From positions 1 through 44,713 of the forward strand of contig JBEWZL010000150.1 in the NCBI GenBank assembly GCA_045837725.1: DNA of 44,713 nt, given 5' to 3'. The position numbers and the translations under genes were made by a program. Numbering within the stretch: the first letter of the stretch is position 1; the number at the start of each line of letters is the position of its first letter. Below the pieces are notes generated by a model that saw only the letters and a program-made list of their open reading frames with translations, did not search any database and was not told where the DNA came from. Source of the stretch: Vermamoeba vermiformis. Its lineage: Eukaryota. This document shows positions 24,581 to 37,753 of this stretch, piece by piece.

Positions 24581-26630
24581 TTACCAGAACAGAGAGGCCC
24601 AAGTTACGATAGCGCTTGCAAATCCAATGACTGGGATCAGTTTCGGAGCAGTTGAAACCGTGTTAGTTGCTTTCACAGGAGAGGTTGTTTTTGTAGTAGG
24701 ACTAACGATCGTCTTTGTTGTTACAGGAGATGCAGCAGGCGATGCTACAGTTGTGGCTAAATTAGGAAGTCAGATCAATTTTCGATGGATTGTAATCCAC
24801 GAAGCTTACTTGGAGTAGAACCACTAGGACTCGAAGCTGCGACTTCAGTAACGTTCAAAAGCTCTATTTATGTTATTAATTATATTTGCAAGCAAAAAGC
24901 TACTTACTTTGCGCTGCTGCTAACGGATCAATGCGACCGTACCCAAAAGTCGTATCCTGAACTCTTGGTCAGATATTTGCTTCAATTTGGAAATAATTAA
25001 TTGTTACTATTACCTTTCCAGCGTCTCCAAGATCTACAGCGGTGGTAGAGAACAGATCCATCAATTCTTGAGCTGTTAAATCCGGCTTGACGCTGAGCAT
25101 GAGCGCAGAGAGGCCACTAACAACAGGTGTGGCCATTGAACATCCATACCAATATGCATAGCCGCCACGCACGGTACTCAGGATATTTGATCCTTTGTCC
25201 AACCCAAGTTAATTAATTTATACGAAATTTACACAGGTAACCCATACCTGGCGCAGCAATATCGATATAACTACCAGTATTAGATGCTTCGTATCTACTG
25301 TCGTTCGCATCAATGTTTGTAACGGCAAATGTATTCGTGTACGCAGCTGGATAAATAGTTGGATTGCCATCCAGATAACTATTGCCAGCACACGAGTTAA
25401 TTAAAACCCCTAAATATCCATTAGTATACGCAAGTAATATATATACGGAATTTTTACGCTTACCTTTGTTGTACAAATTATTAATCAATTGCTCCAACGG
25501 TCGCCAAGCCGTCGTTCCCTACAAAACTGTAAGAATGATGCATTTTAATAAGAAGTGTTATGTAATTACTTACACCTAGGCTCAGATTGATGACGCGAGC
25601 ACCAGCACTCGCTAAATCGGTCATGCAAGACATCAACAGGTCATAGCTACCTCCGTCAGTCGAGTTGTTGCCCCATAATTTGCCGATCATCAAGTTAACT
25701 CCATAAGATAGGCCTGATACACCTATAAGGAGGCTTAGAGCACTATAAATTAACACTACAGCTATAGCTCAAATTTACCTAGATTGTTGTTTGTAACTGC
25801 CGCAATGATACCGCTCACGTGTACACCTAACAGTTTTCATTAGAAAAAAGACCTCAAGCTCAGAATTATGGCAATACCGTGACCAGTGGAGCTATCATCT
25901 TGCACGTTATTATCGTCCTCGTAGTAGTCCCATTGCCAAATTACTCTTTTCCCGTCAACATCTTCGTGCGTGAAGTCAAATCCGGTATCGCAAATACCAA
26001 CAGACTATAAAATCAGTTATTAAACATAAGCACCACCATATTATCGAACTATTATAAACTTACTATATTAGCCGTCTTTGTTTGGGACCACGGAATCAGA
26101 TCCCAAACTTGTGTCATTTGTAGTTTGGTCATGTGCCACATATCCGAGAAATACGTATCATCGGGCGTTACTCCGACGTAAGCTATATAATTTTGAATCA
26201 ATACACTGCTAAGAACTTGATTAGTTCGCGTACGCACCTCTCGGAATTTCATCTACGAAAGCGAAGCTAGAATCTTGACGCAGTATCTCCACTGATACGT
26301 TATCTGGTACCTTATGTATATTAATAACAATTAGTCTGATGCAATATATTATTGGATCCAATGCCGACAATTATAGTTCATAATTTCCATTCATTGACAC
26401 TTGGATAGCAAACAAAGACATGGCTGATTTCTTACCTCCACTACATAGCCACCAAGTTCAGGAAATTCTCGCTTGATTTTGCCAACTCTGCTCGCAATAT
26501 CCGCGGATCTTTTTGAACTCGAAGGATGTGGCTCGATGTAAATTCGTTTGGCTTCAACGATGTAAGCCAAAATGATGATAACAACAATCGAATACAATAA
26601 ATTGGCCGTTTTACAGTTATATTGTGCCAT
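24581..26630 (-). CDS. S8 subtilisin-like protease 3 with Ser/Thr/Pro-rich stalk and probable GPI anchor
   Basis: Signal peptide, GICDTG, GHGVHVSG, SCAGN, YGCSMATPVVSG. The tail reads TTVASPAASPVTTK...FASAIVTWASLFW*. Confidence 0.9.
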
Positions 26631-27139
26631 GTTGGTTCTCAAAAATAATGAATGTTGTTTTGACAGGTCAATTTAAACAAAAAGATTGCACGTATGGGCA
26701 TAACCCCATACAATCCTTACTCGCTAGTAAGAACTCAAAATATTTAAAGATATTTCGATTAAAACTGGCAGTTTTTGTTTCAAGGATGGGAAGATTTGCA
26801 ACATCCAACAAAATCTCGGCTTTATCGGTCCGATAATTTAAAAATATTTGTGCATATAATAATTTTAATTTAATTTGGGTTATCACAAGGCAGATGGCCT
26901 CTGAAGATCACTCCCGTCTTTTTTTCAAATTGGCACGTACCATGATTAAGGTCAATTAACTATAATGTTGTGCATTAATAGCGAAGAAGTACAGTTCACT
27001 TGTGTGTCGCGGAAGTGGTACTAATAAAAAGTGCGCGAAAATCTCTGGCTCTTATTTTTTTGCCTCGTGGTTTCAGTGATTACAAACACGCTATTATCCA
27101 TACAACATTTAAGCACTTATATGTAGCTCAGCCATCACA

Positions 27140-29702
27140 ATGTCCGGAGAGAAAAGTGTTAACACAATCATGAAGCACGTCATGGCTTTTCCTTCCAAGC
27201 CGTACGAATGGGAGATAACAATTGATAATATGGACGGAAAATTAACAGATGGATGGATAATTCATACTATTGTTACTGATACAGTAAGTACACGCTAGGT
27301 TTCTTGCGATCCACCGAAAATTGCAAAAAAAATTTCAAATTATTGTAACCTTGAATATATGCATGTCTCATACGTTAAATTATGCTTTAAAATTGAATAT
27401 ATGAATATTTTAATATTTTAATCATTTTCGACTTGGATCACGAAACATTTTGTTTTAGACAGGCAAGGAAGAGCCAGATGGGCTTATTAATCCAACATCG
27501 CACAAACCAGTGAACTATTCAGTCATTCTTACGAGCTTAGTCAATGCTTGTTCGCAAGTCAAATATCGTCCAGCGAAGCTGACAATTGTCTCTACGAATA
27601 TCGACCAATCAGATCGAGACGTCCTTGTCAAAGTTCTGCAAATTCTACGAATTCCATTTAAAATATCCACTACACGATCGAAAAAAGCAGTGAAGGTAAG
27701 AATAATCAATATCGAAAATAATTAGTTTTCGATCGGATCCTGGATGACCCAAAAAAACACTCGCCGGTCTGTTTTAATACTAATATAGCATCTAAAAATA
27801 TTTATTTGCATATTTGTATCATATATAGGCTACTTGCAAATGAAATATTATTTACTGACCGGATTTGATCTCTAGGTCATAAACGATACTTATTTGAATT
27901 TACCGAACCGAGAGCCAATTCAACCTTCATTATCAACCACGCCTGGCATGACCGACGAGTTTTTAATCGAGTGGTTTTCAACGGCAAAGACGTACTTTGA
28001 ACACCAACCTTGGTTTCTTTTACCAAGCCATCATGTTTTTGATATAGAAGTGCCTGCTAAAGACGGAAAAATTGTTAAAAAAGTCGTTCAAGTTATGGGC
28101 AATGGAGGATATGATTATGGATTGGCTCTTTGGGGAACCGTCAAAGATCTTGAGCCGCTGTTGTTAGGCGAAGCAGAAAAAGCATTTTTTGAAGGTAAAC
28201 CATACCAATAATATTACTAAAATTAGCATATATTGATAGTATGTCATAGGCGATTGCGTTAGCTTCTTTTTCCAAGATATAGACGAGATGTCGAAGCCAG
28301 ATCGGCACGCGCTCAAAAGATTGAATTTGCCATTAGCTCCTGGCGATAATACGTATCCTAATTTCACTTCATATGCACGACCTCATCCGGATTTATTCGT
28401 TATTGAAATAATCGATCTCTGCTTCAAGTATTTGAATGTAAGTAGTAGATCCAGTACATTTTCCAAATTAGGAAATAACCATGATTTAGGACGTAATCAG
28501 AAACAAGCTGAAGCATTCAGACGTATATCATTACGAGCCATTGACAGTCAAATATGAAACACCTGCAAGCTCAAAGAACAGCATCAAGTGGATTCAGTTT
28601 TCGTATCCGGCGAAAGGTCTCATCGCAATGAAAGATCGAAAGTTAGGAATGATGCCTGGATATGTACCACCTGTTCCTAAAGAAAAGAACCGTATTGGAT
28701 TAGCCGTAGAATATTACAGAAAACAAGTCGCATCCACGCCTAAATCCAGTCCAAAATATTTTCCAACATTGTACGGCCTCGCCAATGCCTTATGGAAACT
28801 CGAAGAAGTAGAATCTACTAAAGAAGCATTAGATATGGCCATGCTATTGCTAAAGTTTGATCCAGATGATCACATGGCCGTACGATATTTCGCGCTGGAT
28901 CTGATGTTCGAGATTAAGGAGTACGATAGAGCCTTGCAATTACTACATATGTACCCTGATGAATGGAGTGCTACTTGGTTCTGGTCTGCCGCTTTATTGA
29001 CTTATTTAAGCAAGGTACGTTTCTTTCGTAGAACAGAAAAGCTTCATATATAAAATAACTTTATTATTGAATTTATGAAATTAATGTAAGTCTACGTAGC
29101 ATAAAGCGACTTAAATTCTTATGCTGCCGTCATATCGCACTTTTTTTGGATCATTTTTGTTCGAAGATCTACCAATGAACTAATTCATTAAAATTTAGGG
29201 TCCTGATAATCCTGCATCAATTCGAGCCTTAAAAAGTGCTTTGGATCAAAATCCAAGCGTTTACGACTTCTTAGCGGGCAAAGAACGGTTCACTGAAGGA
29301 CCGATGACGTACTCGATCCGATTTGAGACCGGAAAAAAGCCGCAAGGCGATAAATCAGAAGCTCAATATTACCTGAAGAACTTTAAGAGGTATTGGGGCT
29401 ATAATGAAAGCGCTATTGAATGGGTAAAAGCAAATGGACCTGCGCTGCTAAAAGAGTTGGACAAAGAAACCGAAGAAATGAATTCCAAATTTGGAAATAT
29501 GGATCCGTTTAACATACCTATGCCTGGCGAGACTATGGCAGAATTACATTTGCCTAAAGTGAAATTTTGTAATGTTTGTAAGAGCATCCAGAACGTCAAG
29601 TTATGTTCGCGATGCAAATCCGTTTATTATTGTTCTGCTGATTGTCAGAAAAAAGATTGGCCCACGCACAAATTAATTTGTAGAAAGAAAGAAGAAAAAT
29701 AA
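27140..29702 (+). CDS. TPR-like and C-terminal MYND zinc-finger protein, multi-exon
   Basis: CNVC...[26 protein letters not shown] is a MYND finger. Helical repeat [10 protein letters not shown]...[18 protein letters not shown] introns join the ORFs. Confidence 0.85.
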
Positions 29703-29950
29703 ACTTGATCCGATCAAGGGCAAGAGATCCAGATCTTGGCAAGTTTTAAATACTTTTGTGCCTTCGATCACCAATAAGAAATCCGAATAACATTGCCTAT
29801 TGGTTTATATCAAAAAATTCTCAGCAAATCTAAGTGAAGTTTAAACCTTTGCCGAGTAAAAAATGGATCGCGCGACAAAAAGCATAAAAGTCTGGCAAGT
29901 CGATCATCATTGGAATACTTCACTTACAAAAACAAATTTAGCACTACAAC

Positions 29951-30680
29951 ATGAACTCTCTTACAAACATCATTAAGCGTACCTCTGTGCACGTAGCAAA
30001 AGCAAACAGAGCTACATCCGCTCCAGTGGCAACTCTTTTCACCAGCAAGCCTCGCGAACAAAAAGTACAGGCTGTAATGACTAAAGGTGCCAAAATTATC
30101 AGCCCTGATATGACTATTCAAGTAAGATCTAGAACAAAACGAATCTGAAAGTTTTTCAAAATTTGACCAAAAATTTAGGAAGCTGCAAAGGAAATGAAAA
30201 ATGTCGATACTGGCTTCTTACCTATCGGAAAAGACGATCGGTTGGTTGGAACTGTCACTGACCGAGACATTGTCGTCAGATGCATTGCCACCGGCGCAGG
30301 TAAAAAATCCGAGCAGCAAACTTGAATAAAAATCTCGCAATATTCTGATTATTCTAAAAATATTAGACCCCAAGAGTACAAAGATCAGCCAAGCCATGAC
30401 ACCTGACCTCGTTTACTGCTTCGATGATCAGGACATTGCCGAGGTCAAGAAAATGATGGGCGAGAAACAAATAAGAAGACTGTAAGTTGCTTTTGAGTAG
30501 TATTTTGAACGTAAATTAATTCAATTCTTGCAAAGTCCCGTCTTGAACCGCGATAAGAGACTCGTTGGCATTCTATCGATGGCGGATTTGGCCGGCGAAA
30601 CCACTTTGAACGAGACAATGGCCAAGATTTCTCAAGACACCGGCAAAGCAAGCAAGACCGAAGGTCCTAAGCACCCTTAG
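29951..30680 (+). CDS. CBS-pair (Bateman) domain protein, probable mitochondrial presequence
   Basis: Spliced VMTK..ISPDMTIQEAAKEM..GFLPI..RLVGTVTDRDIVVR and QIRRLPVLNRDKRLVGILSMADLA. The N-terminus is basic and acid-free. Three introns. Confidence 0.9.
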
Positions 30681-30762
30681 GGACCAAACCATGCGATCGC
30701 TATTCTCTGATTTGAAGACGTTAGATCTCGCTTCAGACAATAAAGCTGCCGCGCTATGCATT

Positions 30763-33700
30763 TTATATCTGAGTTTGTATTGATTCCAAACACTCGATGA
30801 TTGATTCAATCTTTGGTCTCGATTGCGGTGACATCTGCCAGCATTGTTTCATGACATCAGCGAGTTGAGGATGACACGACGATGGAATGACAGGTGTCGA
30901 ACCTGAGTCTCTGACCAGTCGTCCAATCTCGATCGGATCTGCTTCGTTGTGAGGCTCTTGTCGTGCAATCACTTCGTACATCAGAATACCAAATGACCAA
31001 ATGTCTGTGTACGAGTGCGTTAGAATGACACAGTGTCAAAGGCAAGCGGCACTTTTCTTACCTGACTTTGTGGAGTACTCTTTGTTCTTCAACGACTCTG
31101 GTGACATCCATCTGATTGGTCCAAGTTCTGATTTTGTTGTTCCGTGTTGTTTCTGTTCATCAACGAGTCGTGACATTCCAAAGTCAGTCAGTTTTGGTTC
31201 GTTTCTGTGAAGTAACACGTTCCTTGCAGCAACATCTCTGTGCACGATGTTGTTCGAGTGCAAGTGACTGAGTCCTTTGGCGATGCCGGCGAGCCATTGA
31301 ACTTGTGTTTGAAGCGATATCTCATCGCGGTTGTCGTACAACTTGGCGTCAAGTGAACCACCTTCACAGAACTCGATGATCAAGATGATGCTGTCTGTCT
31401 CTGGATGCACACTGAAGCCAAGCAACTGAACGACATTTGGATGAGGTCTGAGTTGCATCATGAGTTCGAGTTCAGCGATGACACTCGTGTTTGCTTGAGT
31501 CATGCTCACTTTGAGTGCAACTGTTGTGTTCTTCCAAGTGCCTTTGAACACTTGGCCTGATGCTCCTTGACCGAGCTGCTCTTTGAAAGTGATCTGATTG
31601 AATGGAGTGAACCATGCTCCGTACCGTGCCTCCAATCCAATTGTAGTTGAAGATTTGCGTTTTCTGCGTTTGATCAACACGATGACAAGAGCTATGACAC
31701 CTGCAACAACGACCACTATCGGAACAACAATGGCTGCAACAAGCTCTCCGACAGTTAGTTCTTGTGTACTACTTGGTGTTTCGATGACAGCGGACATTGG
31801 TGTAGATACAGGTTGGTTGATTGAAATGACCGTTCCAAGTTCGACGATGGCCGATGCGTTGACGAATGTGATCTCGTTTGTGAAAACTCCGAGAGAAACA
31901 TGCTTGCCTCCAACAACCATAATCGTTCCGTCGTTCATTCCTTCTGCAATCGTTGGAACAAATTCATGCTCTAAGGGAACTTGATACCAAGTCGAATAAT
32001 CGTTCAATTTTGTGGCGTAGACGTATCCGTCACTTCCCAACGCAACTAAGATATCGTTTGTGATTGCAATCGTCAATCGGTCTTGTGCTACTGGCAATGA
32101 AAATGTTTGCAATATTTGAGTGCTGACATCATACGTGTAAATCTGTTCGTATCGACTCGCTTTGGCTGTTATGTACAAGACGTTGTCTTCAGTGGTCACA
32201 AACTGCGTTGTTTTGACGTTTTGAATGTCATCTTTATCCGTTAAACTTATCGATATCGAATCTACGGAGATGATGGCTGAAGGATTAGACGCAGGCAAGT
32301 GTCCCACGCCGTTGACAACATTGACAGTACAAACAGTTGAAAAAGACGTTAACGCTGAATTTGATGTTGTTTGGAATGACTCGCCGCTTGTTGTATTGTA
32401 TCTGAATACTGTCACATTGTTCATAACGACCAACATGTCATCGATGACTGCAACTGACATAAAGTCGCTGTCAACGGATTCTGTCATGTTCATTAATATT
32501 GCTGACTGTCGCTCTCCAGTGATGTGATTATACACGTCAATGTAACGGTACGGTTTGATGAAATTAGTGAGCGATACAACGGTCCTGTCTTGGGAAAGTA
32601 TGTTCGGATTATCCACGACAAGCTGAGCCACGATGGCTAGATTGATGAAAATCTTTTGATCTTTGAGACTGATGATATCGCGACCAATAGCATATTCGCC
32701 AATCATGGGAACAGCGCGAACAAAGATTTGATCCACAGTTATGTTGTATATTCCAACCACACCACTGCCCGCGAAAAACACAATCGTTGTGTTATCGACA
32801 GGTATGATAGTTTTAACATCAGATATTGATTGGATAGTCGTGATGATGCTTTTCGTCGATGAATTGTAGAGGCAGATATAATACGAGGCATTGTAGAGCA
32901 AGTAGACGTCGCTCCATCGGATCAGCTTATCAGGTATAGCACTAATCGCAGCATCGGTCCAAACACCATTCTCGTATATAGTAATGTAAGTCTGTCGTTG
33001 TATGATGGCTACTTGATTTTCGAACGCCATCACCCAGTTGATGTTCGCGTTGGGGGTCCATGTCACGAGGTTCGTGCCATAATAGTATATCATATATCCT
33101 GATGCATTGAACGTGAATGCTACGTCAGTGAGTGGTACTGCTTGGTATATGCCTGCCATAAAGTGTTCGAACCATTGTGTCGTGCCAAACTCGTGTGCAA
33201 AGTACCTGTCAGCGGTGAAAATCACAATCTTTCCGTTCGCAATAGAAAAGCTGAAAGTCGAGTTTGACTGATCAAGTGGAGTTGTAGTGACGTTATTGAC
33301 GACTATCAAATTATCCGCACTAGTGTCGTATATCCATGCATCAAGGAGCTGTTCGAGTGTCGTTGTGTTAATGCCACCAATTCCAATAATTAAGTTTTCA
33401 TGAACGAGCTTGATTCCTCCACTAATGCTCTGCATCCACGATGTAAGTTTAGGTCTGTTGTACCATCCATTTGTTGCGTCGTAGAAGTCCGCTGAAAAAC
33501 CGCCAAGAACAGTCACTGTCGAGTTGTGACTCGAGACTTGCATAGGCGTCCGAACAGTCGGACCACATCCAATATCTTCGTATTGGTGTAAATTAGAGTT
33601 ATATAACATGGTGCAGCTTCCTTCGAAATGAGCACCGCCAATGAAGAAGATATTTTGACCGATGACAGCAGTCGAGATCCACGCTCGAGGTTCATCCAAG

Positions 33701-33930
33701 TGAATTGGCTGATTCCACTGTCTACTCGTGAAGTTATAAATTTCGACGATATTTGTAGGAACATTATCGCCGTATTCGAATCCGCCAGCAAAATAAAATT
33801 TGTCTCCGATCTGGATTCCACCAACATCGTTTCGATTTGAGGATAATTGCTCCTTGAGTGACACAATATTGGCGTTCGCGAGAAAAGAGCACCAGAATAC
33901 TCCCATAATTATCAGGGCATTCGGATGCAT
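30763..33930 (-). CDS. Receptor tyrosine kinase B with kelch/beta-propeller ectodomain
   Basis: Same architecture and single intron (~31005-31061) as RTK A. ATG of MHPNAL at 33930; HRDVAARN and GPIRWMSPE present. Confidence 0.95.
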
Positions 33931-34400
33931 CTGATTACGTTTCTCTTTCGGCTTCGAATGGCTGTTCAATCGAAAAATAAAATTAATATGGTATTGTATA
34001 AGGTAAATAAATCAGAAAGTGAGTAATTAGGCAGAATTAGTAGTACGCATACCAATTGAAGTAGAAAAAATTAAGCTAGCAATGCTTATACGTACGTACG
34101 GGATTGATTTTGCGTCGAGAGCTGTAGTTATATTCAGCCAGGCATATAGCCAAACAATAGGAACCGTAAAATTTGGTCTTTGAATCACTTTTGTGAATTA
34201 CAAAACGTCATTTTGATTGGCAGGAGTAGCATCTTTTTACACTAACTATTGTTTGGCTATAAAAACCATTCCAAAATGATTTGCGCTAGCGTTCTTTGTT
34301 TTTTTCGGTGTCTTGTGATTCATGAATCAGTTGGTGCACACCCTGTTCGATTTAATTTCATTAATTGATTAAACTGATTAGACATAATAGATATAATCGA

Positions 34401-34558
34401 CGATTGCGGTGACACCTGCGAGCATTATTCATCTTCTCGGCGAGTTTAGGATCACACTGATGGAATGAATGACAGGTGTAGAACCTGAGTCTCTGATCAA
34501 TCGACCAATTTCAATTGGATCTGCTTCGTTGCGAGGCTTTTGTCATGCAAATAATTTC
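34401..34558 (-). pseudogene. Decayed remnant of the RTK last exon
   Basis: cgattgcggtgacacctgcgagcatt...gacaggtgtagaacctgagtctctgatcaatcgaccaatttcaattggatctgcttcgttg aligns to the last exon with indels. Confidence 0.85.
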
Positions 34559-34649
34559 ACTCGTTACGTCAATGGGATTTGAAGAACATTCTTCGCATTT
34601 TTGGTTAACACAAAACTAAGGTGGTACAACACAAGAGTCAAGAGCTTTG

Positions 34650-36296
34650 ATGGAGCGAGAAATTTTACAAGTTGAAAGAGACGTAGCCTCATATCAAAGT
34701 TTGAAGAACATCGCATCTGTTCCCAGATACGTTATAGATCTTGATCAACCGCCAGAAAAAAGATGGAATCAACTTGCTGATGATTATAAAGGTAATTCGT
34801 TTGCACAGAAAGATCGTGCAGAATACGAGTCGGATTTGCAAAATAAAATTTACTCGCCAAACACTCATTTCTATTTATTTAAAATAAATTCAAAAAATTA
34901 ATATTTCCTATTAATAGACCAATGGCACTTAATATCAACCTCCTTGAAGCAGGATTTACAAGGAGCGTTGGGTAAAATTAAAGGATCACTCGTTGAAAGT
35001 CTGATCACAAGCGTTATGCGCGATGTCACGAGATTAGGAAAAGTTTATTATGGAAAAGAGCTCAAAGCTCTTGCTGAACGCTCAGGTAAGCGATTAGGCA
35101 TAGCCATTAAATATTTAATTCACCACCGGAATTCAAGGCAGAACTGCCTATTTTACATCTGACAATTAATAATGGCAATAAAATAACATTAATTAAAAGA
35201 ATATTAGAGTAGAGGTGCTAATTGATCAGATAGTTGATCTCATTTGTTCTATTTTTAGGCATGAAGTTAGGCCGCATGGTCGCTCTTCAGTTTGCCTACG
35301 AAGCTGCTGCTTGCTGTACATCTATTGTAGTACCCGACAGCGACAATAATAATCACCATATTCGAACGATGGACTGGGGAATGGATCACTTAGGTCCGCT
35401 TACCGTTGAAATTGAATTTGTGCGTGGTGGTCAAACCGTATTTATTGCTACCACATTTGCAGGGTAATTATTCTAATATTATTTTAATCCAAATTATTAT
35501 CGATAGAACTGACGAGCTATCAAAAACCTTTTTTGGATCAACTTGCACAAATGATACTAATTAACACTACCAAAAATAGATACATGGGCATTCTTACGGG
35601 CATGAAGCCAGGAGTGTGCAGTGTTTCAGTGAATTTCAGAAATCATATTCCTATTGAAAAAATTAGCGCAAAGTGATTGGTCAGTGAGTATTTGTTGTTA
35701 CCATAAGGTGTCTTCAGTGACCTTTGCGAGTGTAGGCAGCCTTTGATTTACAATACCACGTCGTCTAATTGACCACAAGATATCGTCATCTGCATTGTCA
35801 CTCCAGTGACTATATATGGTACTTACATGAACCCTAAGGACGGAATTCTTCATACTCGATTGCCTATTAGAGTACGTTAGATCAAATTCATATGCGTGAC
35901 ACGAGTTATTCATCGCACTTACAGGGCCATGGATTCAAATCATTTGAAGCTAGTAACAACCTAGAAGACTTCATGGTTGTAGTGCCCGTTGATGCTCTGA
36001 AAGACGATGCGTTATATAAGGCTGTCATCACGAAGGAAAAGCCGCCATTGCCCCGCTGCGTGCGATGCAACGATGAATTTGATCCTGACAACAACCACTC
36101 GGGTAAATGCATTCATACCGGCACTTGGCACGCGAGCTATAGTGACTGCAATTACATCAAATGTGCCTTCGGATTGGTCAACAACATTGGCAAGCAACAT
36201 TGGTCGTGCTGTTATTCCGTGGAGTTCGAATCAACTGTTTGCAGCAAGAGCAAAAAACATCAATCTCCGCAACAGGCTAAAAACGCCGATAATTAA
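34650..36296 (+). CDS. Acid ceramidase/NAAA-like Ntn hydrolase with C-terminal Cys/His zinc-binding module; beta chain appears internally deleted
   Basis: VPRYVIDLDQPPEKRW, YEAAACCTSIV (nucleophile Cys), HIRTMDW, TFAGYMGILTGMKPG..SVSVNFR, later TIYGTYMNPKDG. The tail reads CVRC...CIHTGTW...WSCC. Confidence 0.75.
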
Positions 36297-36397
36297 GGAT
36301 TAATAGTGTATTTTTAAAGTTGACGCTAGTGTCAGGATTCAACCCTCCGAATAAAGGGTTAGCCTTTATATTTTAACTAAACAAATTGTACTCGTAC

Positions 36398-37534
36398 TTA
36401 GTTAGTCTTAGGGGTATCAGGTTGATTAGCAGCGTCAGCCTTTTTGAAGGCTTCTAATTGGCTCAGATCCGCGTTAATTCGTGAGATGATAGGGAACAAC
36501 TTCATATCAACACCGAATCTAACAGCATTATAGATCTATATAACGCATATTAGGCATCAATACCATTAATATCAAGAACTAACATACTTGAGGAACTAAA
36601 ACACAATCAGCCATTGAAAGTTCATCACCGTAGCAGTATTTTCCAGCGGTGGCTTCCAACATCTTTTCAAGACCTTTAAATCCTTCTTCGATCCAGTACT
36701 TGGCCCATTCGTTCTTCTTCTCTTGCTCGTTGCTGATTTTCTTCAACACACGCATGTTTTGAATGGGCTGAATGTCGCTAACGACTGCTTGGGTCAATGC
36801 ACGAACTTTGGCTCTACCCACTGCATCCCTATAGTAAAGATTAATACCGCATATTATATTATTTAGGTAATCAAGTTTAATTTCCGATTTGAAAGATTGA
36901 TGAGCGCTTTGCTTCTAGAAGAACGCCGAAACGCCGAAACTTCGGATGTACATATTCGGGTAAATCTTTACTCTACGTAACTTACTTGGGCAATAATGGA
37001 TGAGTATTTGGATAAGCCTCTTCTAAATATTCAATAATAGGAACGGACTCGACAAGAGATACCCCTTTGTCAATCAAGCAAGGAATCATTTGCAAAGGAT
37101 TGTGTTTAATATATTCCGGGCTATTTTGTTCTGCCTTCAGTAAATCGACGGCTGCATTAATATTGGTAAGTATAAAAAAAGGAAAAATAAATAAAAAAAT
37201 TCTATTTAGGATCTGAGCAAGTTAAAATCAGCCTGTATTAATAATAAAACACTACTAGTATTAACAGCTAATTATGAGAATTATTATTACCTCTATATTC
37301 GTAATCAATGCCTTTAATAGCCAAAGCAATTCTAACTCGCCAAGCAGACGAGCTGCGCCAATAGGAAAATAGAACAGGCTTCTAAATAGTACATTGTCGT
37401 TAGTATAGGTAATTTAAATAAGTGTATTTCGTTGAATGAAAGGCCGATCCGCGGAACGGAAGCCACCCTTACGATTTATCCGTATCGATAGGGATGCTTA
37501 ACAACAAGGAATTATTCCTTACCTCACTTGACAT
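36398..37534 (-). CDS. GSTZ1: Glutathione S-transferase zeta / maleylacetoacetate isomerase
   Basis: [58 protein letters not shown]. Four introns. Confidence 0.93.
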
Positions 37535-37753
37535 TGTTGCTGCACGCTATTGTTGTGTTGGTAGATTAGTGAACAAAACAAAAAAATTTCTGATCCAAAA
37601 CACGGACTTTTCGCCCAGTTATATCCAACCTGAAGTCGCTTGTCTTGCGCGAGATAATTGCATTGCAATTGATTATTGTCATTTCGGTTTGGTTTATTTA
37701 CAAAGTATACATTTAAAAATACAAGTCGATATCAACAATTCGAGCGGATCACG

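Noticed and set aside
22200-29900. Frequent GGATC/GATCC words in intergenic DNA and introns
   Set aside because: Enrichment cannot be established by eye; needs k-mer statistics against the genome background.
36341-36360. Hairpin aaccct-ccgaataa-agggtt between convergent genes
   Set aside because: A 6-bp stem is expected by chance, and bacterial-type terminators are not relevant in this eukaryotic context.
37460-37500. Imperfect hairpin in GSTZ intron 1, considered as a snoRNA or miRNA
   Set aside because: Only 12 of 16 positions pair, with no convincing C/D or H/ACA boxes on the transcribed strand.
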